64,000 bases of DNA from Octopus vulgaris. Lineage: Eukaryota. Below, piece by piece: positions 51,991 to 64,000 of the stretch; the first letter of the stretch is position 1, and each line of letters starts with the position of its first letter. Both the position numbers and the translations under genes were made by a program. A model generated the notes under the pieces. It searched no databases and was not told the origin of the DNA. It was given only the letters and a program-made list of their open reading frames with translations. The DNA lies in contig OX597816.1 in NCBI GenBank assembly GCA_951406725.2, forward strand, positions 42,284,001 through 42,348,000. Reading direction: 5' to 3'.

Positions 51991-53229
51991 ACGGTTTATG
52001 TGTCTGTCAGTATATATTTTTTTGACGGCTGACACAAACACGTACACACCTCTAAAGACAGAGACAGGCACACACACAGAAAATGCACGTGTGTCGCTCT
52101 TAGTTTATGTATGTAACTGCCACGCCCAACAGTGAAACGCACCGACATTGAAAGTTACTTGCTACCTGGACTTCAAACAAACGACAACGTTCACTTTCAA
52201 GTACTGCCAACATGAAGATTTGGCTGATTCAGCACCACGGACAATACTCGCAAATATTTCTGAAAATAAATAAATTATTGTGGTTCTTATAACAAATTCG
52301 GTAACTTGGCAAAGTAGGAAACCTCAGCGGCCCTTTCAATATAATTAAAGAAATATTACTCCAATCCTTCTAACCATTTTCAAGATAATATTTTTTAACA
52401 ATCCTTGTATTCTTCATCACTGTGAGTATCATCGTCGCATATACTTTTTACTGCGTTATTCAGTATTTATTCTACAGCCTACAATGTTACACAGTTCAAG
52501 AACAACATCTTCCTTCTTATACACTTTGTTCAGCGTTCGTTTCAAAATTGCAAAATAAATTATTTTTGCATGAAAAATTGGATTATGCCTTCTGAATTTT
52601 CTTGAAGTTTCATTGACTTCACCCTGACATTCATTCAATCGCGAATTTTAATAACATTTAGTACAGGTTCCAAATAAATGCTAACTTTCTGTAATTTCTT
52701 ACATTGGTGACGCATACTAACTTTTCGTAAGTTGGTGACTTTACATCGTTTTATAGCATAACTATGTTACAGAAAGTATGTCTTGTACCTATATTGACTA
52801 CATTTCGTTTCGCTTGAACTTAGTGTATGAGCATTTCGCTGTTTTAATTAGTATCGATTCTATGAGTGTGTATGTGCTTCTGCGTTCGATACGTAAATAG
52901 TAAAGTGTAGTAAATGACATTTTACGCTGTTTTAATAAGCGCACATCTTATCAAGTAGCCATCCCTACGGTTGGTGATCCCATTGAAAATCATGATATTC
53001 TCAATCGTGTTCAAGATAACAATCTTAAACGTGTTTCACAGACTCATCCCTCTTATGTGTTCTCCAATATAATCTTATTCAGTGGAATATTCCTCGGATG
53101 TAACCTGCAGCAGGATATTCAATATTCCTCGCATGTAACTTGCATCAGGATAGCCAATTACAAACAAAAGGGTGTCGTCAAATGATTTATATTCTTACCA
53201 ACTTATTTTAAGACCAGAACAATCAAATC

Positions 53230-53444
53230 CCTTCTACAACAGTCACGAGGCCTGAAATTTCGGGGGAGAAGACCAGTCGATAACATCGACCCCAATGTCT
53301 CACTATTACTTAATTTTATCGACCCCGTAAGGATTAAAGGCAAAGTTGACACTGGCGCAATTTGAACTCAGAACGTAAAGACAGGCGAAATGCCACCGAA
53401 GCATTTTGCTCGGTATGCTAACAATTCTACCAGCTCGCCGCCTT
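53230..53444 (-). mobile_element. SINE family C (Nin/Deu-domain-like) with 16-bp TSD
   Basis: TSD ccagaacaatcaaatc at 53214-53229 and 53445-53460. Minus-strand head aaggcggcgagctggtagaattg...gagttcaaatt (B-box-like). Central atcgacccc..aaggat.aaaggcaaagt.gac domain. Confidence 0.88.
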
Positions 53445-53836
53445 CCAGAACAATCAAATCAATTACACATGTCAAATACGCTTTATTTTCATTTACATAT
53501 TTTCTACGTTATCTTAATAACCAGCTATAGTTATTTCAAATACACTTCTCTACAATGGCCAGCTTTCATTACAAAATGAAAATATCTTCACACTTTCAAT
53601 TTGAACCAAAATTACAAAGCGTTGCATTACGAGAGTGATGATGTGGGAATAATGAAAGTAGTGTTTCTCCGAATTAGTCACATGTGTATTATAATAAAGA
53701 AAGTAGTTTAATATCTATCTACCAAATAAACTATGTTTTTGACTCAACAACTCTTTTTTACAACTAAAGTGACCTCAGGAACTACGTTGGGTCGTACAAA
53801 TTTGAGCTAATTTTCGGCCAATATTTTGATTTGTAT

Positions 53837-55161
53837 CACATTTGTCTAATTCTCACACATGTGTAGAATTCTACTCAGACAAAATATTTATGAAAATGTA
53901 CACAGAAATATTGTATTAAAATAAGACAACCCCACCCCCCAAAAATGCATTAAATACATCCATTTCTGTATATGTTATGAGGAAATAAACCTCTCTCTCT
54001 CTCTCTCTCTCTCTCTCGGTCTCACGCACACAAATGGTGTATGCATATGTATTTATGGGCGAAGGTCAAGAATGCGTACTCCCGGTGTCTATGGTTAGAG
54101 TTAGGGTTACACCTATTTTTGTACGTGTATATGAAAGATAATGTGTGTGTCAGAGAGAGAGTGTGCGAGTGAGTGTCATTTGCACATACATGCAAAAGAT
54201 TTCATACATCACAACACACTACTTCACATACTTTCTCTCTCTTTCTCTCACTTTCTTTCTCACACACACACGACCATTTCATATACACGTATATCATGCA
54301 CTTTTTCCTCTCTTTTATTTCCTCCTCTCACTTCAAGGCAAATTTCGCCTTTTCACTTTATCCTATCTTTCAATTTCTGGTCTCTTCATAGCATACACAA
54401 ATTAAAACAATTTTAGGGAAATTAACAAAAAATCATATGAACTCATATATGTCGAGTTGATATATATAAAAGAATGAAAGAAAGCCATAAAATAACTTCC
54501 TTTGACACACACACACACACAGATGTATACACACGCTCTAAGTAAAACTTCTATGCGAATTATGTTAATTCTTGCAAAGTGCACGTGTAAAGTTACTGTT
54601 CAAACCCAATTGAAATGATCTAATTCTATTGTTTAATTTGTGTTTGTGATGAGTGCGTTTAAAAGCACGATCTTCGATTTAAACTTAACAGAAAGTTTTC
54701 CCAGAAATCCTGTCCTTTACCGCTTCTTTCTAGCATGCCCGCGGTGACATTTCTGTCCCACTACCTTTATTTGTTCCTAAACTTCTTCCCATTCTCCTGC
54801 TTGCGATACAGGAGATTACGATTTCACCCACAAAACACGTTCTCAATATTTTAATTTTCTCCCTCTCCACACCAAATTCATTTTTTACATTTTTTAAAAA
54901 TTTTATTATTGGTAATCCATGGAGAAAAACCAGATAGTATGAATCTTTACGTATTTTACTCATCACCTCATCACTTTCAAAAAGCTACGCACTCCCATTG
55001 TTTCACATTTAGCCTTTTCAAAAAAAGGGAAGTTTCTTTAAAAAATAATGCCGTTTACCTGTTGTTTCTAGCATGTCGGGTTTTCTGTTGGTGATCTGGT
55101 ATTTTTAAAGTCTACTATCTCAGTAGAATTCTACGTATGCGGGAAAAATCAGACAAAGGTG
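53837..55161. mobile_element. ~1.3-kb non-autonomous TIR element, copy 2
   Basis: ~43-bp imperfect TIRs cacatttgtctaattctcacacatgtgtagaattctactcaga and tctcagtagaattctacgtatgcgggaaaaatcagacaaaggtg. Colinear with 34126-35479. No clear TSD. Confidence 0.87.
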
Positions 55162-55718
55162 GGAGTTTTTTTTTTTTTTGGAAAGCTGGTAGGTGATGGA
55201 TGGGCGAGGTCCAGGATAGGGCATTGAGTGTTTCTTTAAGAAAAATTAAACTTCAAAAAATATATATACATACATACATACATACATACATACATACATA
55301 CATACGTACACACATATATATATATATATATGTATATCCCAGAATTGTAAACTCTGTATTTTTCTACGTAGAAAAAAAAATTGAAAAAATTACAAATTAA
55401 AAATTGCGAAATAAAAATTTTGAAAACGTGAATTCTGGACCAAATCGTATTCATCTCATTTTATATGATGAAACAATACATAGTATCTGATCATTCTTAA
55501 GAAAAGAAAGCACTCTACTTGTTCTACCCAGAAATGGGTCTGATCAAAATAGCATTAATTTTTTCACGTCGCTGAATTTTCCTCAATTGATCAATAGACA
55601 AATAAGAGTAAATCTATCGGTAATGTACCTATAATGACTACTGGAAACATCCGTAAGCCAAATTTGATCCCAAAAATAAAAAAAAACATGCATTGACTAT
55701 AATTTTAAACTTGCTTTT

Positions 55719-55759
<41 letters not shown>

Positions 55760-55763
<4 letters not shown>

Positions 55764-55860
55764 CCTTCTTTCTTTCCTTTCCTGAACGTACAATAACACC
55801 ATACTTATTCCACGTCCTTGAGTTGTCGATTTTTTCTCATTTATGCTTGGATTAACTATA
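55760..55860 (+). mobile_element. 3' fragment of the H1 repeat (downstream of the HHR) between (TA)n tracts
   Basis: ttctttcctttcctgaacgt...ttccacgtccttgagttgt...ttggattaacta matches 24882-24970 and the reverse complement of 39637-39730. Confidence 0.7.
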
Positions 55861-55862
55861 TA

Positions 55863-55916
<54 letters not shown>

Positions 55917-56101
55917 GAGAGAGAGAGAGATTCTCTGTGCTTGTCTGTCTGTCCCACAAAACAAGTGAGACACTATCTCATTTATAAGCGTAGCTGTTTT
56001 GTCCACGTTCACATTATATGGTGATGATAATGTAACCAGAGCTAATATACCAAAGTTCTCAAAGAAACGGCACCTTTCAATCTCGCTCCCTCTCCCTGTC
56101 C

Positions 56102-56145
<44 letters not shown>

Positions 56146-56309
56146 ATGTTTCTGTCTTTCTATTTGGCCGGAAATTCTCTTGTGTCGAGAATAGACAGTG
56201 GTCCAGACAATGACAACCACCACACAATATTTATGCAAAAATGGACTGTTCTGGAAAATTAAACACAGTCAATTTCTTTCTCTCTTTCTCTCTTTAATGG
56301 CAAAAGCAT

Positions 56310-56425
56310 TCTGTGGTCAATAGGTCCAAGAAAATTTCTTCAAGGCGGTGCCCCAGCAAGGCCACAATCTAATGACTGAAAGAAGTAAAAGGTGAAAAGA
56401 AAGACAAAATAAAAGAAAATTATAA
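56310..56425 (+). mobile_element. SINE family B-type 3' end fragment
   Basis: aaggcggtgccccagcaaggccacaatctaatgactgaaa..agtaaaag matches the family B tail. Confidence 0.65.
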
Positions 56426-57096
56426 GAGTGTCTTTTTGCGAACTCTCACCAGCAGAACGGAACTCTAAAGAAACGGTGGCGCTATTTTTTATCTGTCTGT
56501 CTCTCTCTCTCATTTTTCTCTCTTTAATGGATGCACACACACACACACACACACATACACACACAGATACAAACACATACACACACATATACACACACAC
56601 ATACGCACACACACACATACACACACACAGATACACACACACGCGTACAGATACACAATCACACACACGCACACACGTATATTCATTCGTGTTTCAGATA
56701 TACCTATTTATCTAACTTCTCCGTTCTGTTATAACTATACAAGTTTCTTTCACATTAGCACAGACAATCTGACCAGGCAGCCATACGCACAAAGATGCAA
56801 ATTCACAGCGAAACGAAAATCATCGACAAACCAAAAAGAAGACAACTAAACGACGCTTTGCTTTCCAATTCCTGTAATATAGACTCGGAATTTCAGCAAA
56901 AACACTGACAACATTCAGCATTTGTAAATGCATTTCACTGTTACTTACTGATATTCACACATCATTTGTACTTTCATTTCACTACAGCTTCCTGATATAC
57001 TTTATCAAAAGCATTTATCATTCCCTTCAGCTAATCTTCTTGCATTACTGTAAAATATCGTCCGAATTTCAATTCATTATTAGTTACTGATATTTA

Positions 57097-57510
57097 CTCT
57101 TTTACTCTTTTACTTGTTTCAGTCATTTGACTGCGGCCATGCTGGAGCACCGCCTTTAGTCAAGCAAATCGACCCCAGGACTTATTCTTTGTAAGCCCAG
57201 TACTTATTCTATCGGTCTCTTTTGCCAAACTGCTAAGTGACGGGGCCGTAAGCACACCAGCATCGGTTGTCAAGCAATGCTAGGGGGACAAACACAGACA
57301 CATAAACATACATACACACGTACATATACATATATATACGTATATACGACAGGATTCTTTCAGTTTCCGTCAACCAAATCCACTCACAAGGCATTGGTCG
57401 GCCCGGGGCTATTCCAGAAGACACTTGCCCAAGATTCCACGCAGTGGGACTGAACCCTGAACCGTGTGGTTGGTTAGCAAGCTACTTACCACACAGCCAC
57501 TCCTGCGCCT
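57097..57510 (-). mobile_element. SINE family B, full length
   Basis: Reverse complement of 27228-27667. 7-bp TSD atattta at 57090-57096 and 57511-57517. Confidence 0.9.
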
Positions 57511-57863
57511 ATATTTATTATCAAAAAACAAAGTCTCATAGAAAATGACCGTCAAAAAACAAGCATCAATCAAACGCACGTCGTGCATCAAAAAACTATG
57601 ATGAGAGATGTGCACGGCTTGCAGATCAGTGACAAAGAAGGTAAGATCGACGTGCATCTGAAACCGAGCATCGATGAAATGCTAGATAAATAACGTACAA
57701 CTCAGTTATTATTGGCATATCATAAACAAACACACGTTCATGTAGGATACTGATATTGCCTCTACTTCAATTATTACATAGTTTTCTCTACCATACAGGT
57801 TCAATGTGGATCCCGATAGACTGTAAAAGTAATTACCCAATCAACGACGGCTCTTACTGCTAA

Positions 57864-57929
<66 letters not shown>

Positions 57930-58133
57930 CTACAAAATTAGAGAATGGAGAAACATACTTAAATCAATAAAACATCAACTATCCGATGATACTCAATCCA
58001 TACTTTAATACACCATTACATAGGAGTAGAGGCAATATATAAAATGAAATGAGATATACAGTAATAGTAACAGTAAAAAGATAAAGAGATATAAGTAAAA
58101 AATTACAAATACAATATGCAAAAAGTACCGATA

Positions 58134-58191
<58 letters not shown>

Positions 58192-58555
58192 AATTCGGGG
58201 TGAGTACTTGATAATTATGAGCACCTGTGTATACCGTTTGGTGGTGTAGGTGGTGGAGTAAATTGATCAAAATATAAACATGATGCGAAGGATTCAGCGG
58301 TACATATGTTTCGGGCCTTTATTAGACAGATTTATAACAATGTATAATGTATGTCTGTGGCCTTCTTCAGCCGCGCACAACAGCTTCCACAAGGACATGT
58401 GTTACATCAAAAATTCTTGGTTGGGGATGCAAATCCTCCCATTCGCGTACGACATAATGCAGCAGCAGCATAGAATTGAAGCGTCCATCTCTTTCTTCTC
58501 TCAATGTGTGATGAGGAAAATTGGATGTTGAAGTAATGTAAATAAATAAATACAT
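58192..58555 (-). mobile_element. HHR-bearing pLTR-like element between microsatellites
   Basis: Complex block bounded by (TA)n(GA)n and a TA-rich tract, containing the HHR at 58297-58374. Confidence 0.6.
58297..58374 (-). ncRNA. Type I hammerhead ribozyme with canonical core
   Basis: gcgg-CTGAAGA-aggcc-acaga...tctgt...aggccc-GAAA-c(atat)g-TA-ccgc. Stem I is gcgg/ccgc, stem II is ggcc/ggcc extended by acaga/tctgt, stem III is palindromic catatg, and the cleavage triplet is GUA. Confidence 0.8.
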
Positions 58556-59064
58556 GTATATACGTGACATGTATACAATATATATATATGTATATATATA
58601 CATATATATATTTATAATGCAATTAAGATTCATTTGCATTAGGTACTTAAATTGGGGCACGTGCTACATCTGAGTAGCAAGCATGTTCTTCTATGTTAAA
58701 TGAATATCAGACTAGGTGAATAAGGGCTGCTCACATGAGATTCTTGCAGTGTATGCAGATAACAAGACTCAGCTGAGTGAAGAAATCCGCTGTTAGCTAT
58801 TCAAACCCATATTATATTTAAAATACTGTCTATAATATTTACGAAGCGTAGATTCCAGGACACGTGAATAAAATGATTCGATTCGTTACTCACTGGTGTA
58901 AGTATTTTTTGACTTCTACCATTAGCGATAAAGGTACTCATGTAGTACCCTTTTGTATATATGTACATATCTAATATTGTATGTTTATATTTTATTAATT
59001 TGCCTGTACGCCTGAAAATTCCCTTACCACTTGTGATGGTATTTTAATAATGCCATCCCTATAT

Positions 59065-59223
<159 letters not shown>

Positions 59224-59230
59224 CCTATCT

Positions 59231-59357
<127 letters not shown>

Positions 59358-59422
59358 TCCAGCATGACCACAGCCTTAGGGTTCAAACATGTAAAAAAAT
59401 AGAAGACTATACATACATATAA

Positions 59423-59612
59423 TCTTTTACTCGTTTCAGTAATTTGACTGCGGCCATGCTGGAGCACCCACTTTAGTCGAGCTAATCGACCCCAGGACTT
59501 ATTCTCTGTAAACCTAGTACTTATTCTATCGGTCTCTTTTTTCCGAACCCCTAAGCTACGGGGACGTAAATACACCAGCATCGGTTGTCAAGCGATGTTT
59601 GGGGGGACAAAC
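59423..59612 (-). mobile_element. SINE family B 3' half
   Basis: Matches 57107-57292. A short opposite-strand tail fragment lies at 59356-59405. Confidence 0.85.
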
Positions 59613-62600
59613 ATATATATAAATATATTCCTTTTTTTTATAGGTATAGCTAATATTTTATAACACTGTGTATGTGAGCATATGTGGGCACATATAAACG
59701 TATCTACATTCCAGTGTGAGTGGGGGCATGTGTGTGTATATTGATATGCATATACATATAATATGCGTTTGTTTGTGTGCGTGAGTCAGTGTGTACGGGT
59801 GTGTACGTATGTAGGTATGTATATATTTATGTAAAAATAATCAGACTTTTTGTGGTTGTGTGCACGTGTACTTCAAGAGATGCAAGAGCAGAACATATTA
59901 TACAATATGGTATATATGATATTTCTGCAAGATTACATCTATATGGAAATCAATATAAGTATAACTGAATGCGTTTTTGAATATGAATAGCAACGTTTTA
60001 GTGTACATATATGTATGTAGCCTTGTATATTCTTAATTTAGCTTTCTACTTAGACAACTTAAATTTAATATATTTTGATGATATAAAATGGCTTTTTTAA
60101 TTTATTTTTTGATTATTTGAGAATGGGAAGATCACCTTTTTTAACTTGTTATTATATTCGGAACTTGTAAGATTAATTAGCATCAAGCAAACAGTAGAAT
60201 CTAACAGAGAATGCTTTCTGTTATTTCATTTCGCTCCATTCCATTTTGAGTCCACATGCATCCAGTCTTGACTGCTATTGAACATGATCCAGCTGTTAAC
60301 GCGCTAAATATGAAGGAGATACTGAAGCGATTGAATAACGTGTCTCATCAAAGGAATGATATTGGAATTATGTTGCAAAACACTAGTAGTAATTTGATGA
60401 CTTGGGTCATTCGAATCTGCAGAAAGTCACTCTGATTTGGGGAATATCAAGTTATCCTTTGATTAGTATGCAGCGCATTACTTTGTGAACACTGTAGTCT
60501 GTCTAATGTGTTAAAACTTTTTCATTCTATTACTATAAGGATATAACGATACACCCAGTGCCTCTGGTGCTTCTGTGTGTATGTATGTATGTATGTATGT
60601 ATGTATGTATGTATGTATAATAGAACCAACAGATGATCAACCAATTTTGACTCTAAATGACAATTATTTCTGATATTGAAACCAGACAAAAAAAAAATAC
60701 GAAACAAAAAAAAAACAAGAAATGCCCCAAGTGAAATTTAAAATTACGACATAAAGAAGGGACAAATGTTTACCTGATACATTCCTTTGGTATGACATTT
60801 GTACCCAATCTACCATTCTTTTATCCCAATGTAAAAATATGCATCATCTCTCCTACTTCAATAAAATATCATCCGCGTTGTTTCAGTCGACAACACATAT
60901 TCCTTAACAATATTTGACCATCAAAATTTTAGAGAAAGCTATATCCTTTTTCTGTTAGAGTCACTAGTCTGTAACCAACTGTTACATATTCGCAATCCTA
61001 TGCTTCCACTCGGTGCAACACTATAACTAATATAGTGTGTTGATCGCTGGGCTATGAAGATCAATCACATGTGTTTGTACGCACTCAACTTCACAAATCT
61101 GCACACAGGTGTTTTAAAATGCAGTATAAATATATTAGATTTTTAATAAGATCCTTCATTGCCTCGTATTATGAAGGTTGATAATATAATTTCCCAAATT
61201 TATTTTATAGTAATTATAGCTAATGCAACATAAGCCATACGAAATCATACTAACGTAAACTTAGCTATACAGATACACTGAAACTGAACATTCATACATA
61301 TACACACACTCGATATATATATATATATGTGTGTGTATATGATTGTGTGTGTGTATGAGGCATGCACGTTTATGTTTGTATGTGTTTATGCATTATATAA
61401 ATATAAAAGTACATATGTATTTATGCATTATATATATATAAAAGTACATATGTATATATGCAGCAAAGCTCGGGTGTTGGTGCAGAATACTACAGATTTC
61501 TAGGGTTTATTTACTTTATTAGGGAAAAGAAGCATGTTTGTGGAAATAATTCAGCCGTATGTGTGAGGTGAAAAGATGCATGTAATTCTATCTACACAAC
61601 AAATTGCTTCAGAATACACTCATATGAATAAAAAGCGCTGGAAACGTAATCTATTCAATATGATTACGTCTAGTGCGCACAGAAAAACAACCTTTATGAT
61701 AGATACGGAAACATCTTTACTATTCTACCTTTTCTTAAAAAAATGTTTTCCAAGCTCCTACACAGCAATTACATTATATGGTGGACATACTAGAGAAAAT
61801 TAATTCCATATAAACAGTGTGTATCCTAATATTTAGTATACTTACACACACACGCATACACACACACATACACAGACATATTATGCATACATAGTACATA
61901 TTATGCATATACGCATGCTGCCTTACGTAACATAATTTAAAGTTGATGTAACTCTCAATAAGAGAAATGTACGTGGTCTTATACTAGAACAAATTTGTGG
62001 TTATAACCCTTTCAGAAAACGTACACATGTATAAACTGAAAGGATCATGATTTGAACATAATTTGATCGCATCAGCTGCTGTTGTGTTACAATCATGTAT
62101 TCACTCTTCGACAATATATACTGCGTCTCAATTATACGTAAATATAATCTGGAAACAAACACAACCATTCCTGAACACACACCTATGCTGACAACCGTAA
62201 GTTTATAACCCCATATACATATAGAGAGAGGCAGGCAGACAAACATATAAAGTGAGTAAGAGAGAGAAAGACTGCATGAGATATAGAGATATGAACGTGG
62301 GCCTGAATTTGATAGATTAATATAGAATAGCAAACACACACGCACAAACACTGGCACATATGTATATAACGTTTTTATAATATTTTTTGTTTCCTATTGT
62401 CTATTATTTTTACCATTATTTTTCACGATGTGCATTTATATATAATTTCATAACGAATAAAATGTATTAGGATTTTACGTAAGGACCTGGCGTTGATTGA
62501 AATGGTTTCATTCAATTAATAATGGAATGGCATCTGAGACCTGACGATATATTAGATATGGCAGGAACTTAATTCAATTAAATTGGTATCACTGTTAATA

Positions 62601-62789
62601 TATATATTTGCTCACCATTACAAAACATTCATACTATGTACGTTTAAAACCAGTTAGAGTTCTCACCATATATTGCAGTTTCACATGCTCAACATATAAA
62701 AAAGTTAACTCAGTTCGCTTCGTATCATGCTAGTTGAATGTAGATGCAAAGAATATCATGCGGCTTGCATGTGCAACTGCACATATCTT

Positions 62790-63080
62790 GTGCAGCGGAG
62801 TCCAAAAACAGAAACAATTCCTATCTTAATAGGCGCATTAGGTACGATACAAAAATATTCAGACAAATACGTAGCAAAAACACCATGTCTAACAAGTATA
62901 TATAACATACAGAAAATAGCACTACCAAGCACCGCACATCATCCTACGTAAAACCCTTTCGATACAGTAACAATAAGAGCATTACAGAAACCACAGCACA
63001 TATTCGAAGCACACAGAGCTGCACTCGTTAGTGCAGTTAAAGCACGTGATAAAATTAAGACTGCTGAATGATAAATATAA
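62790..63080 (+). mobile_element. Dong/R4-type LINE 3' end (third subfamily)
   Basis: KTETIPILIGALGTIQK...IYNIQKIAL.STAH is a REL C-terminus, followed by a 3' UTR. Confidence 0.8.
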
Positions 63081-63380
63081 ATAGCCACAAGAGAAGTTGC
63101 TGAAAAATTAGGTGGGATTGGCTGATGGAAGGTACCCTAAAACGGAGACCAAGAGCACTCTACGTACAGCGAAGGACCAAGATCTGGCCACGAACTGGGG
63201 AGTCAATCTAAAGGAATGTGCAAGTCTCTCCGCTGTGCCGCATCTGTAATAGATTGGATGAAACCATTGCCGATATAACCATTGCTCTAGACTTGTTCAA
63301 AACCCAAAAAGTTGTGGCGACACGACCAGGTACTGGAGGTGCTAAACTGGAAACTGTACGAAAGTGGGGGCTAGAGCGAA
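63081..63380 (+). mobile_element. R4/Dong fragment homologous to 18053-18355
   Basis: tagccacaa.agaagttgctg...gaaggtaccctaaaa...ccgcatctgtaataga...aaaccattgcc...cgaccag...gggggctagag aligns with the 16985-18870 element. Confidence 0.8.
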
Positions 63381-63399
63381 CATTAAAATGAAAGACGGC

Positions 63400-64000
63400 A
63401 ATGAGGAAGTCGAGCGAAATGTAAATGCATTCTCAGCAAATGAAACAGAAGTAATGGGAAGAGCTATATCAGAAGACTATGCTGATGAAATGCAAGACAT
63501 GGTGAGGACGCCGTGTTGATACATTAGAGAAGACCAGGATCAACCGCCCCCACAAACACGAGTTACATTGACCAGCACAATATCAAGGTTGAAACCGAAA
63601 CGATAGATCCGATTCCTAGGCTATACCAAAAGAGAAATGTAAATAAAAATAACAAGATTATTTTTGGCTGCAGCAATGTTTGTAACAAAGTAAGTTAAAA
63701 AGACATTTAGGACAAGTTGATAGATTGAGAAAAGGGGAATTGCAGAACAAAAGCATAAGAATAATGCTGGAAAGAGCATATAGAATAAGAGATAAAGGTT
63801 ATGATGTGGTATTGGAAGAAAGAGTAGTAGCAATCAAAGCAAAACTGGAAAGAGATGACAATAGAAAAAGACAATTCAAGCAAATCAAAAGAAACTGTTT
63901 CTGGAACTAGATGGGCAAATGCACATAACGATACCAGATGCAGAGGAGAGCAAGGCAATCTGGAGAGGAATCTGGGATCAACTTGTAAAGTATAATGTTG
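63400..64000 (+). mobile_element. R4/Dong-type pre-RT (N-terminal) region, running off the window
   Basis: IKAKLERDDNRKRQFKQ...PDAEESKAIWRGIWDQLVKYN parallels EIWDQPVV in the 420-2420 copy. Confidence 0.7.

Noticed and set aside
50250-52760. Complex sequence at 50250-50680 and 52230-52760 as possible exons or transposase relics
   Set aside because: The frames I read are short or interrupted and I could not assign any motif. A BLASTx would be needed.
53083-53155. Short ~35-bp tandem duplication (similar ones at 7637-7670, 8404-8441 and 61385-61455)
   Set aside because: Two-unit local slippage duplications with no spacers. They are not CRISPR-like and show no sign of function.
60720-61000. 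Possible minus-strand exon ending CAG/GTAAAC, or an RTE C-terminal relic
   Set aside because: The upstream frame is broken, there is no clear acceptor and the similarity is too weak to call.

Overview
AT-rich, microsatellite-dense animal genomic DNA, most likely an octopus, inferred from the SINE types and the (TA)n/(TAA)n/(GATA)n load. I find no convincing host protein-coding exon. The window is intergenic or intronic and filled with decayed retrotransposons: several R4/Dong-type REL LINE fragments, two Tx1/L1-type copies, one RTE, one CR1 and two Penelope-like (PLE) GIY-YIG remnants. It also holds three SINE families (several copies with clean TSDs), a non-autonomous Helitron and two TIR/MITE families. 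The most interesting signal is a set of short, mutually unrelated elements, mostly at (TA)n tracts, built as a fold-back palindrome plus a short tail. Several carry whole or half type I hammerhead ribozyme (HHR) cores (CUGANGA or the CCGACGA variant, then GAAA-stem III-UH). One such HHR also lies at the 3' end of a GIY-YIG PLE, which ties the set to Penelope-like pLTRs or retrozyme-like RNAs. Nearly all ORFs in the supplied track are microsatellite or TE-fragment artefacts. Ends of degenerate elements are approximate.
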